Source: Actinomycetota bacterium (GTDB lineage: Bacteria; Actinomycetota; Thermoleophilia; Solirubrobacterales; JACPNS01). From it: a DNA stretch of 56,316 nucleotides. Shown here piece after piece: positions 1-7,894 of this stretch (the first letter of the stretch is position 1; every line of letters begins with the position of its first letter). Both the position numbers and the translations under genes were made by a program. The stretch is taken from NCBI GenBank assembly GCA_016219715.1, contig JACRKX010000008.1, forward strand, positions 1 to 56,316, read 5' to 3'. The notes below the pieces were generated by a model, which worked only from the letters and a program-made list of their open reading frames with translations, was not told the origin of the DNA and ran no database searches.

Positions 1-369
1 GGCGTGCAGCCGCTCGCAGCGCTGCTTGAGCTCGCCCGGCGTCTGATCGCCGCGCAGCAGCAGTACACACAGCAGCGCCGACTGGTCGTCGGGCAGGTCA
101 AGCGTCTCGGCCAGCAGATGGCGGTACTTGGACGCGCGGCTTCCATGCCCGCTGGCGACGCGTGTCAGTTCGCGCCGGTGCAGCCGCTGCAACGCCTCCT
201 GGACCTGCGTCTCGGAGACGTCCATCACGGGGTCACGATTAGTCGACTGATTACACGCCAGGCGCAGCGCGTTGAGCGTCAGCGGATAGGCGTCGGGAGT
301 GGTGCGCTGTTTCTCCAGCAGGCAGCCGAGAATGCGCGTCTCGACGGGATCTAGTTCGAATCTTCCCAT
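1..369 (-). CDS. YceH/DUF480 family protein (runs off the window edge)
   Basis: Manual minus-strand translation from ATG 369: MGRFELDPVETRILGCLLEKQRTTPDAYPLTLNALRLACNQSTNRDPVM...LLLRGDQTPGELKQR, the DUF480 signature. Missing from the ORF track because it has no stop in the window. Confidence 0.9.
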   Translation of the reverse strand, partial: MGRFELDPVETRILGCLLEKQRTTPDAYPLTLNALRLACNQSTNRDPVMDVSETQVQEALQRLHRRELTRVASGHGSRASKYRHLLAETLDLPDDQSALLCVLLLRGDQTPGELKQRCERLHA

Positions 370-538
370 TGCGATTGCCAGATTACCGCCGCTCGCGCTG
401 CCCGGTGGCGCGGCCGTTCAAGATTGCGAGTTTGTTACGACTGTTGCCACTGCGGTTTCGGCGCAGTAACCTTCGCGCAGCGAGTTTCGCGTTTTTTCAT
501 GTAATGCGCTCGTTCAACGAGCGAATCTGGGGAGGTTT

Positions 539-964
539 GTGTTCGTGGTTGGAAAATTTCGTGTGATGCTCTTGCTTGTTGCCGCCGGTGCGCTGCTGTT
601 GCTGGCCGGATGCGGAGACGACAAGAAAGACGGCGGTTCGACGCAGCCGGTCGAGAAGGTGGACCTCTCCGCCGACCTGACGGTCAAGGTCGACGAGAAG
701 GCCAAGACCTTCAAGCTCAACAAGAGCACCGCGAAGGCCGGCACGGTCAAGATCACGGTCCAGAACCCCACCGACGCCAAGGGCCAGCACGGCATCGGCA
801 TCACCGGCGAGGCTCTCAAGGACATCGATGGCGCAGCGGTCAAGCCCGGCCGCAGCACGAGCCTGACGGTCGACCTCAAGCCCGGCGACTACGAGGTCTA
901 CGACTCGTACAAGAACAACCGCAAGGAGGGCTACACCGCCGACCTCAAGGTCGAGAAGAAGTAG
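539..964 (+). CDS. Cupredoxin-fold lipoprotein (start uncertain, 539-566)
   Basis: Lipobox LLLAGC; KAGTVKITVQN, H-x-I and LKPGDYEVY cupredoxin-like strands; strongly biased codons. Confidence 0.75.
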   Translation: MFVVGKFRVMLLLVAAGALLLLAGCGDDKKDGGSTQPVEKVDLSADLTVKVDEKAKTFKLNKSTAKAGTVKITVQNPTDAKGQHGIGITGEALKDIDGAAVKPGRSTSLTVDLKPGDYEVYDSYKNNRKEGYTADLKVEKK

Positions 965-990
965 CTCATCCCACGCATACGCGTTGAAAC

Positions 991-1028
991 GAGCCGTCCG
1001 GTCGACAGATCGGGCGGCTCTTTTCTTT
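991..1028 (+). terminator. Intrinsic terminator
   Basis: GAGCCGTCCG...CGGGCGGCTC stem followed by TTTTCTTT. Confidence 0.8.
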
Positions 1029-1072
1029 GCGGTGGCCGGCGCGAAACGCGGCGACGCACTTCAAGAAGGCGC

Positions 1073-1162
1073 TTAAACCCAGAGCTTGACCGCAGCGATG
1101 ATCATGCTCATTGCCACGAGAACGACGATCGCGATCTGCATGATGATCCAGCTGCGAGGCAT
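1073..1162 (-). CDS. Small single-TM membrane protein (29 aa)
   Basis: MPRSWIIMQIAIVVLVAMSMIIAAVKLWV*; GC3-rich codons; purine-rich GAGGGGTGAG upstream; fills an otherwise empty gap. Confidence 0.6.
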   Translation of the reverse strand: MPRSWIIMQIAIVVLVAMSMIIAAVKLWV

Positions 1163-1251
1163 TGCGTGATCGTACTCACCCCTCACCGCCGGGCCGCTGC
1201 CGTATGATCGTCTCCGACAGCGACCGCAACCGGCTCTTTAGCGCGAGGTGA

Positions 1252-1701
1252 TTGAAGTTGATCAAGACCATCATTGTCGGAACCGACGGATCGGACACGG
1301 CAGCTCAGGCCGTCGTTCAGGCCGGTGAGCTCGCGGAGAAGCTCGACGCGCAGCTCGTGATCGTCAGCGCCTTCGAGCCAGTCTCCGAGACCCGGCTACA
1401 AGAGGAGCGCGTCGAAGCTCCGGCCGACGTCGAGTGGGCGATCAACGAACGTGAAGACGTCGACGCGATGCTCGCGCAGATTTCGGCGCCGCTGCGCGAG
1501 CGCGGCGTGAACGTGCGTTTCGCGGCACGCCAGGGCAACCCGGCCGACGCGATCCTCGACATCGCCGAAGAAGAGCACGCCGACCTGATCGTCGTGGGCA
1601 ACCGCGGCATGACCGGCGCGCGCCGCTTCCTACTCGGCAGCGTGCCAAACAAGATCTCGCACCACGCGCCCTGCTCGGTGCTGATCGTCCGCACCACTTA
1701 G
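1252..1701 (+). CDS. Universal stress protein
   Basis: IIVGTDGS N-terminus; DLIVVGNRG...LLGSVPNKISHHAPCSVLIV. Confidence 0.95.
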   Translation: MKLIKTIIVGTDGSDTAAQAVVQAGELAEKLDAQLVIVSAFEPVSETRLQEERVEAPADVEWAINEREDVDAMLAQISAPLRERGVNVRFAARQGNPADAILDIAEEEHADLIVVGNRGMTGARRFLLGSVPNKISHHAPCSVLIVRTT

Positions 1702-1780
1702 GCGCGGCACAAACTACGCAAGCACGGCACACCGGCAGCGGAAGCGCGCAGCCGGGTGCTGGCGCGCTATAGGTTGACCA

Positions 1781-3184
1781 CTAGGGATTGGTCAGCGCCG
1801 CGCCGGCGTCGACAAGGCCGTAGCCGTAGCGCGAGTCGTAGCCCGGCACGCCGAGGTCCTTGGCCGTCTGCGCCAGACGGTCGGTCAGCGCGGCGGGCGA
1901 GGGGTCTGGACCAAGCAGCCCAGAAGCGACGATCATCGCCGCCGTGGCCGACACGTGCGGTGTGGCCATCGAGGTGCCCTGGTAGCCGCTGACCAGGCCG
2001 AAGCGCTTGAGACTGTTTCCGAAGGTGACCTGGTAGATCGTCGAGGCGGCGCCGCCGAAACTACAGTTGTCGCGGTCGGTACTGCCGCTGCGCAGATCGA
2101 CGATGCCGGAATCGGCGCCGCCGCCGGGAGCGACGATGTCGAGACCGGCGCCACTGTCGGAGTACTCGGCGAGGCAGCCGCGAATAGTCGTGGCGCCCAC
2201 GGCTAGCGCGTAGTTGTAGCGCGCCGGATAGGCCACGCGGCGCGCGGCCTGGTTTCCGGCCGCGGCGACTACCAGCGAGCCGCGCTTTCTCGCGTAACGC
2301 ATCGCCGAGATGATCGTCGGCAGGTGACGCGCGGTTAGCCGCACGTCGAACTCAACCGAGAGGTTGATTACGTCCGCGCCGTGCTTGGCGGCGTAGCGGA
2401 TCGCCTTTGCGACGGTCATCTCGTCGCCGAGGCCGGCGCCATCAAGCGCGCGCAACGGCATCAGCGTGGCACCGTATGCCAGGCCGGTGACACCGACGCC
2501 GTTATTGGTCTGCTCGAAGATCGTCGAGGCGACGTGGGTGCCGTGACCGTTGCGGTCGTTGGCGTGTTTATCACGGTCAATGAAGTCCCATGGCCGCTTC
2601 GTAACGACGCCCTCGAGATCGGGCGAGACGCGGTACGGCCCGATCGTCTCGTAGGCAACACCCGTGTCGACGATCGCCACCACCGCGCCACGGCCGCCTT
2701 CAACGCCCAGAACGCGCAGCTGATCCCACGCCGGTTCGACGTTGACGCCCCAGGCACCGACGAAGTTCCACTGGAGCTGACGCCAGTCGCCGGGATTGCC
2801 GCGGCCGGGATCGTCGGGCATGAACTCGGCGCTGGCGCGGGCCACATAATTGGGCTTGACGAACCTGACGCCCGGACGCCGGGCGATGCGCCTGGCCGCA
2901 GCGGCCGGCGACTCGCCGGAGCGCAACTTCACGACCGCGCTGCGCGGGCCGCCACTCTGCACCGAATCAACCCCTGCCACGCCGGCGGAGCGCAACTGAG
3001 CGCTTCCGTCGCTGGCCGAGATACCTGGATCGAAGCCGACGATCACCGAGTCGGTGGACTGAGCGGGCGCCGACCCCGAGAAGTCCTCGGCTGAGAACGT
3101 GGAGCCGGCGGCGAAAGCACCCGCGGGCGCGAGCAGTGCCGTGGTCGCCGCAATCGTGGCGACGATGGGGGTGCGGAGTCTCAA
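1781..3184 (-). CDS. Secreted S8 (subtilisin-like) serine peptidase
   Basis: Signal peptide; triad VDTG / HGTHVA / GTSMATPH; AAAGN oxyanion motif. Confidence 0.95.
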   Translation of the reverse strand: MRLRTPIVATIAATTALLAPAGAFAAGSTFSAEDFSGSAPAQSTDSVIVGFDPGISASDGSAQLRSAGVAGVDSVQSGGPRSAVVKLRSGESPAAAARRIARRPGVRFVKPNYVARASAEFMPDDPGRGNPGDWRQLQWNFVGAWGVNVEPAWDQLRVLGVEGGRGAVVAIVDTGVAYETIGPYRVSPDLEGVVTKRPWDFIDRDKHANDRNGHGTHVASTIFEQTNNGVGVTGLAYGATLMPLRALDGAGLGDEMTVAKAIRYAAKHGADVINLSVEFDVRLTARHLPTIISAMRYARKRGSLVVAAAGNQAARRVAYPARYNYALAVGATTIRGCLAEYSDSGAGLDIVAPGGGADSGIVDLRSGSTDRDNCSFGGAASTIYQVTFGNSLKRFGLVSGYQGTSMATPHVSATAAMIVASGLLGPDPSPAALTDRLAQTAKDLGVPGYDSRYGYGLVDAGAALTNP

Positions 3185-3398
3185 GCTTTTCTTCGTCTTC
3201 CTTGTGGGTGGGCGGGCTCTTTGTCGGCGCCGCCCTACACCAGTTCAACACGGTACATCGGCGGAAGTAGCTGATGTCCGTACGTGAACGCGCGATTGCG
3301 ACCGCGAAGGCGCCGCGCGCGTTCGCGAATCGCTCGCATCCGATCGCCGTGTAGGCGGGAACCGGCCCGCGCCTTGGCACTGCTCTAGCGTTTGACAG

Positions 3399-3866
3399 GT
3401 GACCGGACCGGGATGGACTGACACAGACGAAGCGATGATGCGCGAGGCGATCGCCGAGGCGCGCGCCGCGCTCGACCACGACGACGTGCCGATCGGCGCC
3501 GTCGTCGCGATCGGCGGCGAGCTGATCGCGCGCGGCCGCAATGAACGCGAACTGCGCCAGGACCCGACCGCCCACGCCGAGGTACTCGCCCTGCAGCGCG
3601 CCGCTGAGGCCGTCGGCTCGTGGCGCGTGCTCGACGCCACGCTCTACGTGACGCTCGAACCATGCTCAATGTGTGCCGGCGCGATCGTGCTGGCGCGCGT
3701 ACCCCACGTGATCTACGGCGCCACCGACCCGAAGGCCGGCGCCTGTGGCAGCGTGCTCGACGTCACCAGTGAGCCGCGCTTCAATCACCGCCCAGACGTG
3801 CGCGGCGGGCTGCTGGCCGAAGAGTGCGGCGACCTGCTGCGCGAGTTCTTCGCGGCGCGGCGCTAG
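3399..3866 (+). CDS. tadA: tRNA adenosine(34) deaminase
   Basis: HAE and TLEPCSMCAGA zinc motifs; DPKAGA; FF..RR C-terminus. Confidence 0.95.
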   Translation: MTGPGWTDTDEAMMREAIAEARAALDHDDVPIGAVVAIGGELIARGRNERELRQDPTAHAEVLALQRAAEAVGSWRVLDATLYVTLEPCSMCAGAIVLARVPHVIYGATDPKAGACGSVLDVTSEPRFNHRPDVRGGLLAEECGDLLREFFAARR

Positions 3867-3899
3867 TCAATTCGAACATCCGCCGCTAGGATTTCCCGC

Positions 3900-3988
3900 G
3901 GAGAGGTGCCGGAGCGGTTGAACGGGGCAGTCTCGAAAACTGTTAACGGGCGTAAGTTCGTTCGAGGGTTCGAATCCCTCCCTCTCCG
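3900..3988 (+). tRNA. tRNA-Ser(CGA)
   Basis: GGAGAGG/CCTCTCC acceptor stem; anticodon arm GCAGT-CT-CGA-AA-ACTGT; long variable arm; GGTTCGAATCC T-arm; CCA not encoded. Confidence 0.97.
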
Positions 3989-4268
3989 TTCTGTGTCGCT
4001 GTCTTGCCGTCGCAACCAGCAGCTCGTCGGTCATATTCGCACCAGGTCCCCTGGCTCGGTCTCAACCGGTTTGGATTGCTCGAAGAAGATGTTGCGGATC
4101 TACCTGTCGCTGAGGCGAGGTGGGGCATCTCACTGGTTAGTTAGTGGCGAACCGCTTTGAAACCGCCATAGCTGGCGCTCAGCGCGCGCTGGACCCGGAG
4201 ACGAGGGGCTCTACTGCGGGCCATCACAACAACGCACTGGCTATTCGCCGTAGTTCGTCGTCCGTAGA

Positions 4269-4721
4269 CTAGGACGACTGTCGGGCGACCAGTGCTTCGA
4301 ATACGCGCGAGGTCGCCTGCTCCATGGATTCGTGTTCCCAGATGCGGACGACGACCCACCCGGCCTCACCAAGCAGGCGATCAGTCTGATGATCTCGCTC
4401 ACGGTTACGAGCAATCTTCGATAGCCAGTAAGCAGCGTTCGTCTTCGGAATTGAGCCATGTTCGGGGCATCCGTGCCAGAAACAACCGTCGAGAAAGATC
4501 GCTACGCGAGGGCGGGTGAAAACAACGTCGGGGCGGATCGGCCGTCTTCCGGGCACTGGAATCGGTAAATCGACTCGAAATCGGAGTCCGCTCCGATGAA
4601 GGCTCGACCTCAATCGAAGTTCTGGACCAGTGTCGCGGCGCCGATTGGCCGACATGATGCGTCGGCGCGCCGTCTCGACTCCAGGCCATGGCTTGCGAGT
4701 TTCAAGCGCGGGTTTTGTCAT
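4269..4721 (-). CDS. vsr: Very short patch repair endonuclease
   Basis: IMSANRRRDTGPE, RPDVVF, FLDGCFWHGCPEH, YW..KI.RN.ERD, GW.VVRIWEHE. Confidence 0.95.
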   Translation of the reverse strand: MTKPALETRKPWPGVETARRRIMSANRRRDTGPELRLRSSLHRSGLRFRVDLPIPVPGRRPIRPDVVFTRPRVAIFLDGCFWHGCPEHGSIPKTNAAYWLSKIARNRERDHQTDRLLGEAGWVVVRIWEHESMEQATSRVFEALVARQSS

Positions 4722-4730
4722 GGATCGAGC

Positions 4731-5174
4731 CTAGCCACCCGGCCCGAACTCGCGCGCCTCGGTAACGTCGCTCCTACGCTTGCGCGATGTAGCGTCTCGA
4801 TATGCGGCACGGGCATCGTCGATGGCCTGACGCAACTCGACCACGACCACTGACCGTCCGTGTTCCACACGCTTGGAAAGCTCGCTAAGCCTAATAGCGA
4901 GACCGTGGCGTTCGATTCCGGTGGTCTCGATCACGATCCAAAGCCGGCGCGGCGGCTTTAACAGGAACCTCTGCAGCGGACCACGCAGGTCTCGCCATGC
5001 GGCTTTTCCACGTTTCGGTCCCGCAGCCTCCCGCAGCCGGGCATACGCCATCAGCTCAACGGCATCGAGCTCTTCAAAACCCCGCTGCTGGCGAAGGGCA
5101 CCACCTTTTGCCCACGCCTGTCGCTGCGCCAACGTGGTCCCACATATCTCGCATAACTCGTCGGCGGTCAGCAC
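4731..5174 (-). CDS. Hypothetical protein with MerR-like N-terminal HTH (candidate regulator)
   Basis: MLTADELCEICGTTLAQRQAWAKGGAL resembles the MerR/Xis HTH pattern; divergent from the MTase and co-oriented with vsr. Confidence 0.6.
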   Translation of the reverse strand: MLTADELCEICGTTLAQRQAWAKGGALRQQRGFEELDAVELMAYARLREAAGPKRGKAAWRDLRGPLQRFLLKPPRRLWIVIETTGIERHGLAIRLSELSKRVEHGRSVVVVELRQAIDDARAAYRDATSRKRRSDVTEAREFGPGG

Positions 5175-5250
5175 TTGAGTCCATCGATCCGTCCGGGGTT
5201 TGCCATAGCTTATTGTGGCTAATACTGCCAGGATTCACGTATAGGATTCC

Positions 5251-6606
5251 ATGCAAAATCACGACCCAGAGAACTTCGATGCGATCACGCTACCCGACAG
5301 ACCGGAGGCAACCGATAGACCGCTGCGTGCACTGGACCTGTTCGCTGGAGCTGGTGGTCTAAGCCGAGGTTTCGAATGGGCGGGTGCCGGGGATGTCGTA
5401 GGTGCCGTTGAAATCGATGAGTCCGCGGCCGAAACATTCCGCGCCAACCACCCCGGTGCGAGGGTATGGACCGAAGACATCCGCACAGTAGACCCTCTCG
5501 CCGTCGAGCAAGAACTTGGGCCAATTGACGTGGTGCTCGGCGGGCCTATGTGCCAGGGCGTTTCTCAACGTGGCCCACGTGATCCACGCGATGAGCGCAA
5601 CTTCGCGTTCTGGGCCTTCGCGGACTACGTGCGCAAGCTCAAGCCTCAGTTCTTCTTGATGGAAAACGTACCCGCAGTCGCGTCGGACGTGCATAATCGA
5701 CGCCTAGCTATCGCTGTGTTTGAGGAGCTCGAGTCGCTCGGGTACCACCTATCTGCTGAGGTCGTCTGCGCCGCTTGGTTCGGTGTCCCTCAGCTGCGCT
5801 ATAGGCTAGTGGTGCTCGGCTCACTGGACGGGCAACCGGCGTTTCCCGCATGTGTGGCCGCGGGGATTGAGGGCCACATGAGTGAACATGATTTCGTCCG
5901 CGTAGGCGACGCGATCGGAGACCTGCCACGAGTGGCCTCGGGTGGGGGCCTCGATGACCGACCAATGCCTCGCAATCCCCGGTCCCTCTCGCCATATGCC
6001 GCGATGCTCCGTGGCGATGCCGAGCGCCTCTACAACCACTGGTCGGCCGACACGGCGCCGGTCAACCTGGATCGAATTCGACATGTCCCGGAAGGAGGGA
6101 ACTGGCATGACATCCCGCTTGAGTTGCTGCCTCCACGCTTCCGCGAGGTGCGGCTGTCTGACCACACGACAACATACCGCCGACTCGATCGCAAGCACCC
6201 GGCTCATGTGATCACCTGCCTCTGCGGGAACGTCACGGCTGGAGCATTCACGCATCCGACACAGCATCGTGCGATTACCGTGCGCGAGGCTGCGAGGCTG
6301 CAGGGTTTCCCGGATGTACACCGTTTCGTCGGGCCCCGCTCAAGCCAATATCGACAGGTCGGGAACGCTGTACCAGCGCTCATGGCTCGTCGGCTGGCGG
6401 CAGCGCTTGTCGGCCGCGAGGAAAACATGGCGTGGGACAGGAGCGCAGCGCAGACCGACATCGGCTGGACAGGCCGCGTCACGCTCGACGTGCTGAAGCG
6501 CTATCCCGACCGACGACTTCCGTTCACGCTCGCACCGCGCTACAAGGCACTGTTCGGCGCTCGCGTCCACCGTCGTCGCCAGGACCTCGAACCGGCGGCA
6601 GCGTAA
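5251..6606 (+). CDS. dcm: DNA (cytosine-5)-methyltransferase
   Basis: Motif I LDLFAGAGG; IV GGPMCQGVS; VI MENV; VIII GVPQLRYR; IX REAARLQGFPD; X YRQVGNAVP. Confidence 0.95.
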   Translation: MQNHDPENFDAITLPDRPEATDRPLRALDLFAGAGGLSRGFEWAGAGDVVGAVEIDESAAETFRANHPGARVWTEDIRTVDPLAVEQELGPIDVVLGGPMCQGVSQRGPRDPRDERNFAFWAFADYVRKLKPQFFLMENVPAVASDVHNRRLAIAVFEELESLGYHLSAEVVCAAWFGVPQLRYRLVVLGSLDGQPAFPACVAAGIEGHMSEHDFVRVGDAIGDLPRVASGGGLDDRPMPRNPRSLSPYAAMLRGDAERLYNHWSADTAPVNLDRIRHVPEGGNWHDIPLELLPPRFREVRLSDHTTTYRRLDRKHPAHVITCLCGNVTAGAFTHPTQHRAITVREAARLQGFPDVHRFVGPRSSQYRQVGNAVPALMARRLAAALVGREENMAWDRSAAQTDIGWTGRVTLDVLKRYPDRRLPFTLAPRYKALFGARVHRRRQDLEPAAA

Positions 6607-6609
6607 CTC

Positions 6610-7875
6610 CTACTGCCGAATCAGCTCACACTCCTCGATGAACCGGGCGAGATCCTCTGTGAGGTGGGTTGGACGCACTTGGGCCGTCCAAGTACGGCAA
6701 CCGGTGGCGGAGCGGCCCAGGTACCGCGACGAATAAGCACCATCGCCCGCATAGACGAGGAAGGCACGGTCGGTATCTAACGAGGCCGCGTGAACGAGCA
6801 TCTGGTATAGGTCGGGCCGGCCTTCCTTCTTTGGACGCTGGGTTGCAGCCTTTTCATTGTCGGAGAGCTCCCCGAGAGCGGCTGTCAGGCTCTTGTACTT
6901 GACGTCTCCAGCGGCACGAACGACACCCTCACGGTGCACGACGATGTCCGGATTTGTACGTGACGCATCGCTGCCCCCCGTGAACATCCGACGGCCGTAA
7001 CTCTCTCCGCGATCGACTTCATGCGACTTCAGAAGTTCGCGGAGGGTTTCGCGGACCGCCTGTTCGAAGAGCGTCTCGAGGTCAAGAAACCATGCCCGCG
7101 GAACGTCGCTGTGCCCCGGAAGGTTCGGCTCAAAGCCGCGGTGAAGGAGGGCGACGGCTGCAAGACGCGCTAGGTCAACATCGTCCGAGAGCATGGACGA
7201 GTCGCGCTCGATGTCGTCCCCAAGCGACAGAAACGTGGCTGCGGAGGATGTCACAAACGCCTGGTCGCGAACCTCAGATAGTGCTCCCGCGAGCCAGCGC
7301 GCGTCGTAGACCGTGCTCGGGTCGAGTCGTAGCACCCGCGCAGCTCGATCCAGTTCGTCAAGTCCAGCCAGAACCAGTCGGTCGAGCGGCTCGTCACGCA
7401 CAACCGCACCTTCACGATAGGCGAAGATGCCGAGGCGCCCAGCGGCATGCAGACGCATTGTGGCTGGCATGTCGAGCCTACCTGCCAGCACCGACCCCGA
7501 AGCCCGTCGGTATCGGTAGCGGGCTACACGTCGATCAGAAACATACCGACCGGCGGCGCGTGTGAACTCGGTGAGTAGGTGCCGAGATACGACGTCGAAC
7601 TCAGTGGCGGGCGACTCCGCTTTCTCGATGCGGAGTTCGGCTCCGGTTGCCGCACCAATGAGCGACAGCAGCGTCCCGGGAACCTTCTCGCGTACCTGGA
7701 TTTCTATCCCGCCGACCCGTGCGCGGCCTACGTATTTGTGACCTACGATCTCGAACCGATCGGTGCCGGCCCGGCGATAGGATACGTACCCCGCATCACT
7801 GAGGCGCCAAAATCCCTCAGCGGCCTCGATCGCCTGCCACTCCTTTACATCGAGCTGGCGTCGATGCCGCTCCAT
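6610..7875 (-). CDS. mcrC: McrC-like PD-(D/E)xK nuclease subunit
   Basis: YVG..I..K N-terminus; DLETLFE; NPDIVV...GDVKYK; DLYQM; directly downstream of the McrB-like gene. Confidence 0.85.
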   Translation of the reverse strand: MERHRRQLDVKEWQAIEAAEGFWRLSDAGYVSYRRAGTDRFEIVGHKYVGRARVGGIEIQVREKVPGTLLSLIGAATGAELRIEKAESPATEFDVVSRHLLTEFTRAAGRYVSDRRVARYRYRRASGSVLAGRLDMPATMRLHAAGRLGIFAYREGAVVRDEPLDRLVLAGLDELDRAARVLRLDPSTVYDARWLAGALSEVRDQAFVTSSAATFLSLGDDIERDSSMLSDDVDLARLAAVALLHRGFEPNLPGHSDVPRAWFLDLETLFEQAVRETLRELLKSHEVDRGESYGRRMFTGGSDASRTNPDIVVHREGVVRAAGDVKYKSLTAALGELSDNEKAATQRPKKEGRPDLYQMLVHAASLDTDRAFLVYAGDGAYSSRYLGRSATGCRTWTAQVRPTHLTEDLARFIEECELIRQ

Positions 7876-7894
7876 GACCGAGATGACGGGGATC

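Noticed and set aside
4-354. Plus-strand 116-aa ORF
   Set aside because: Antisense shadow of the DUF480 gene.
3906-4268. Short ORFs over and after tRNA-Ser(CGA), considered as an integrase remnant
   Set aside because: They overlap the tRNA or lack recognisable motifs; no tyrosine or serine recombinase signature was found.
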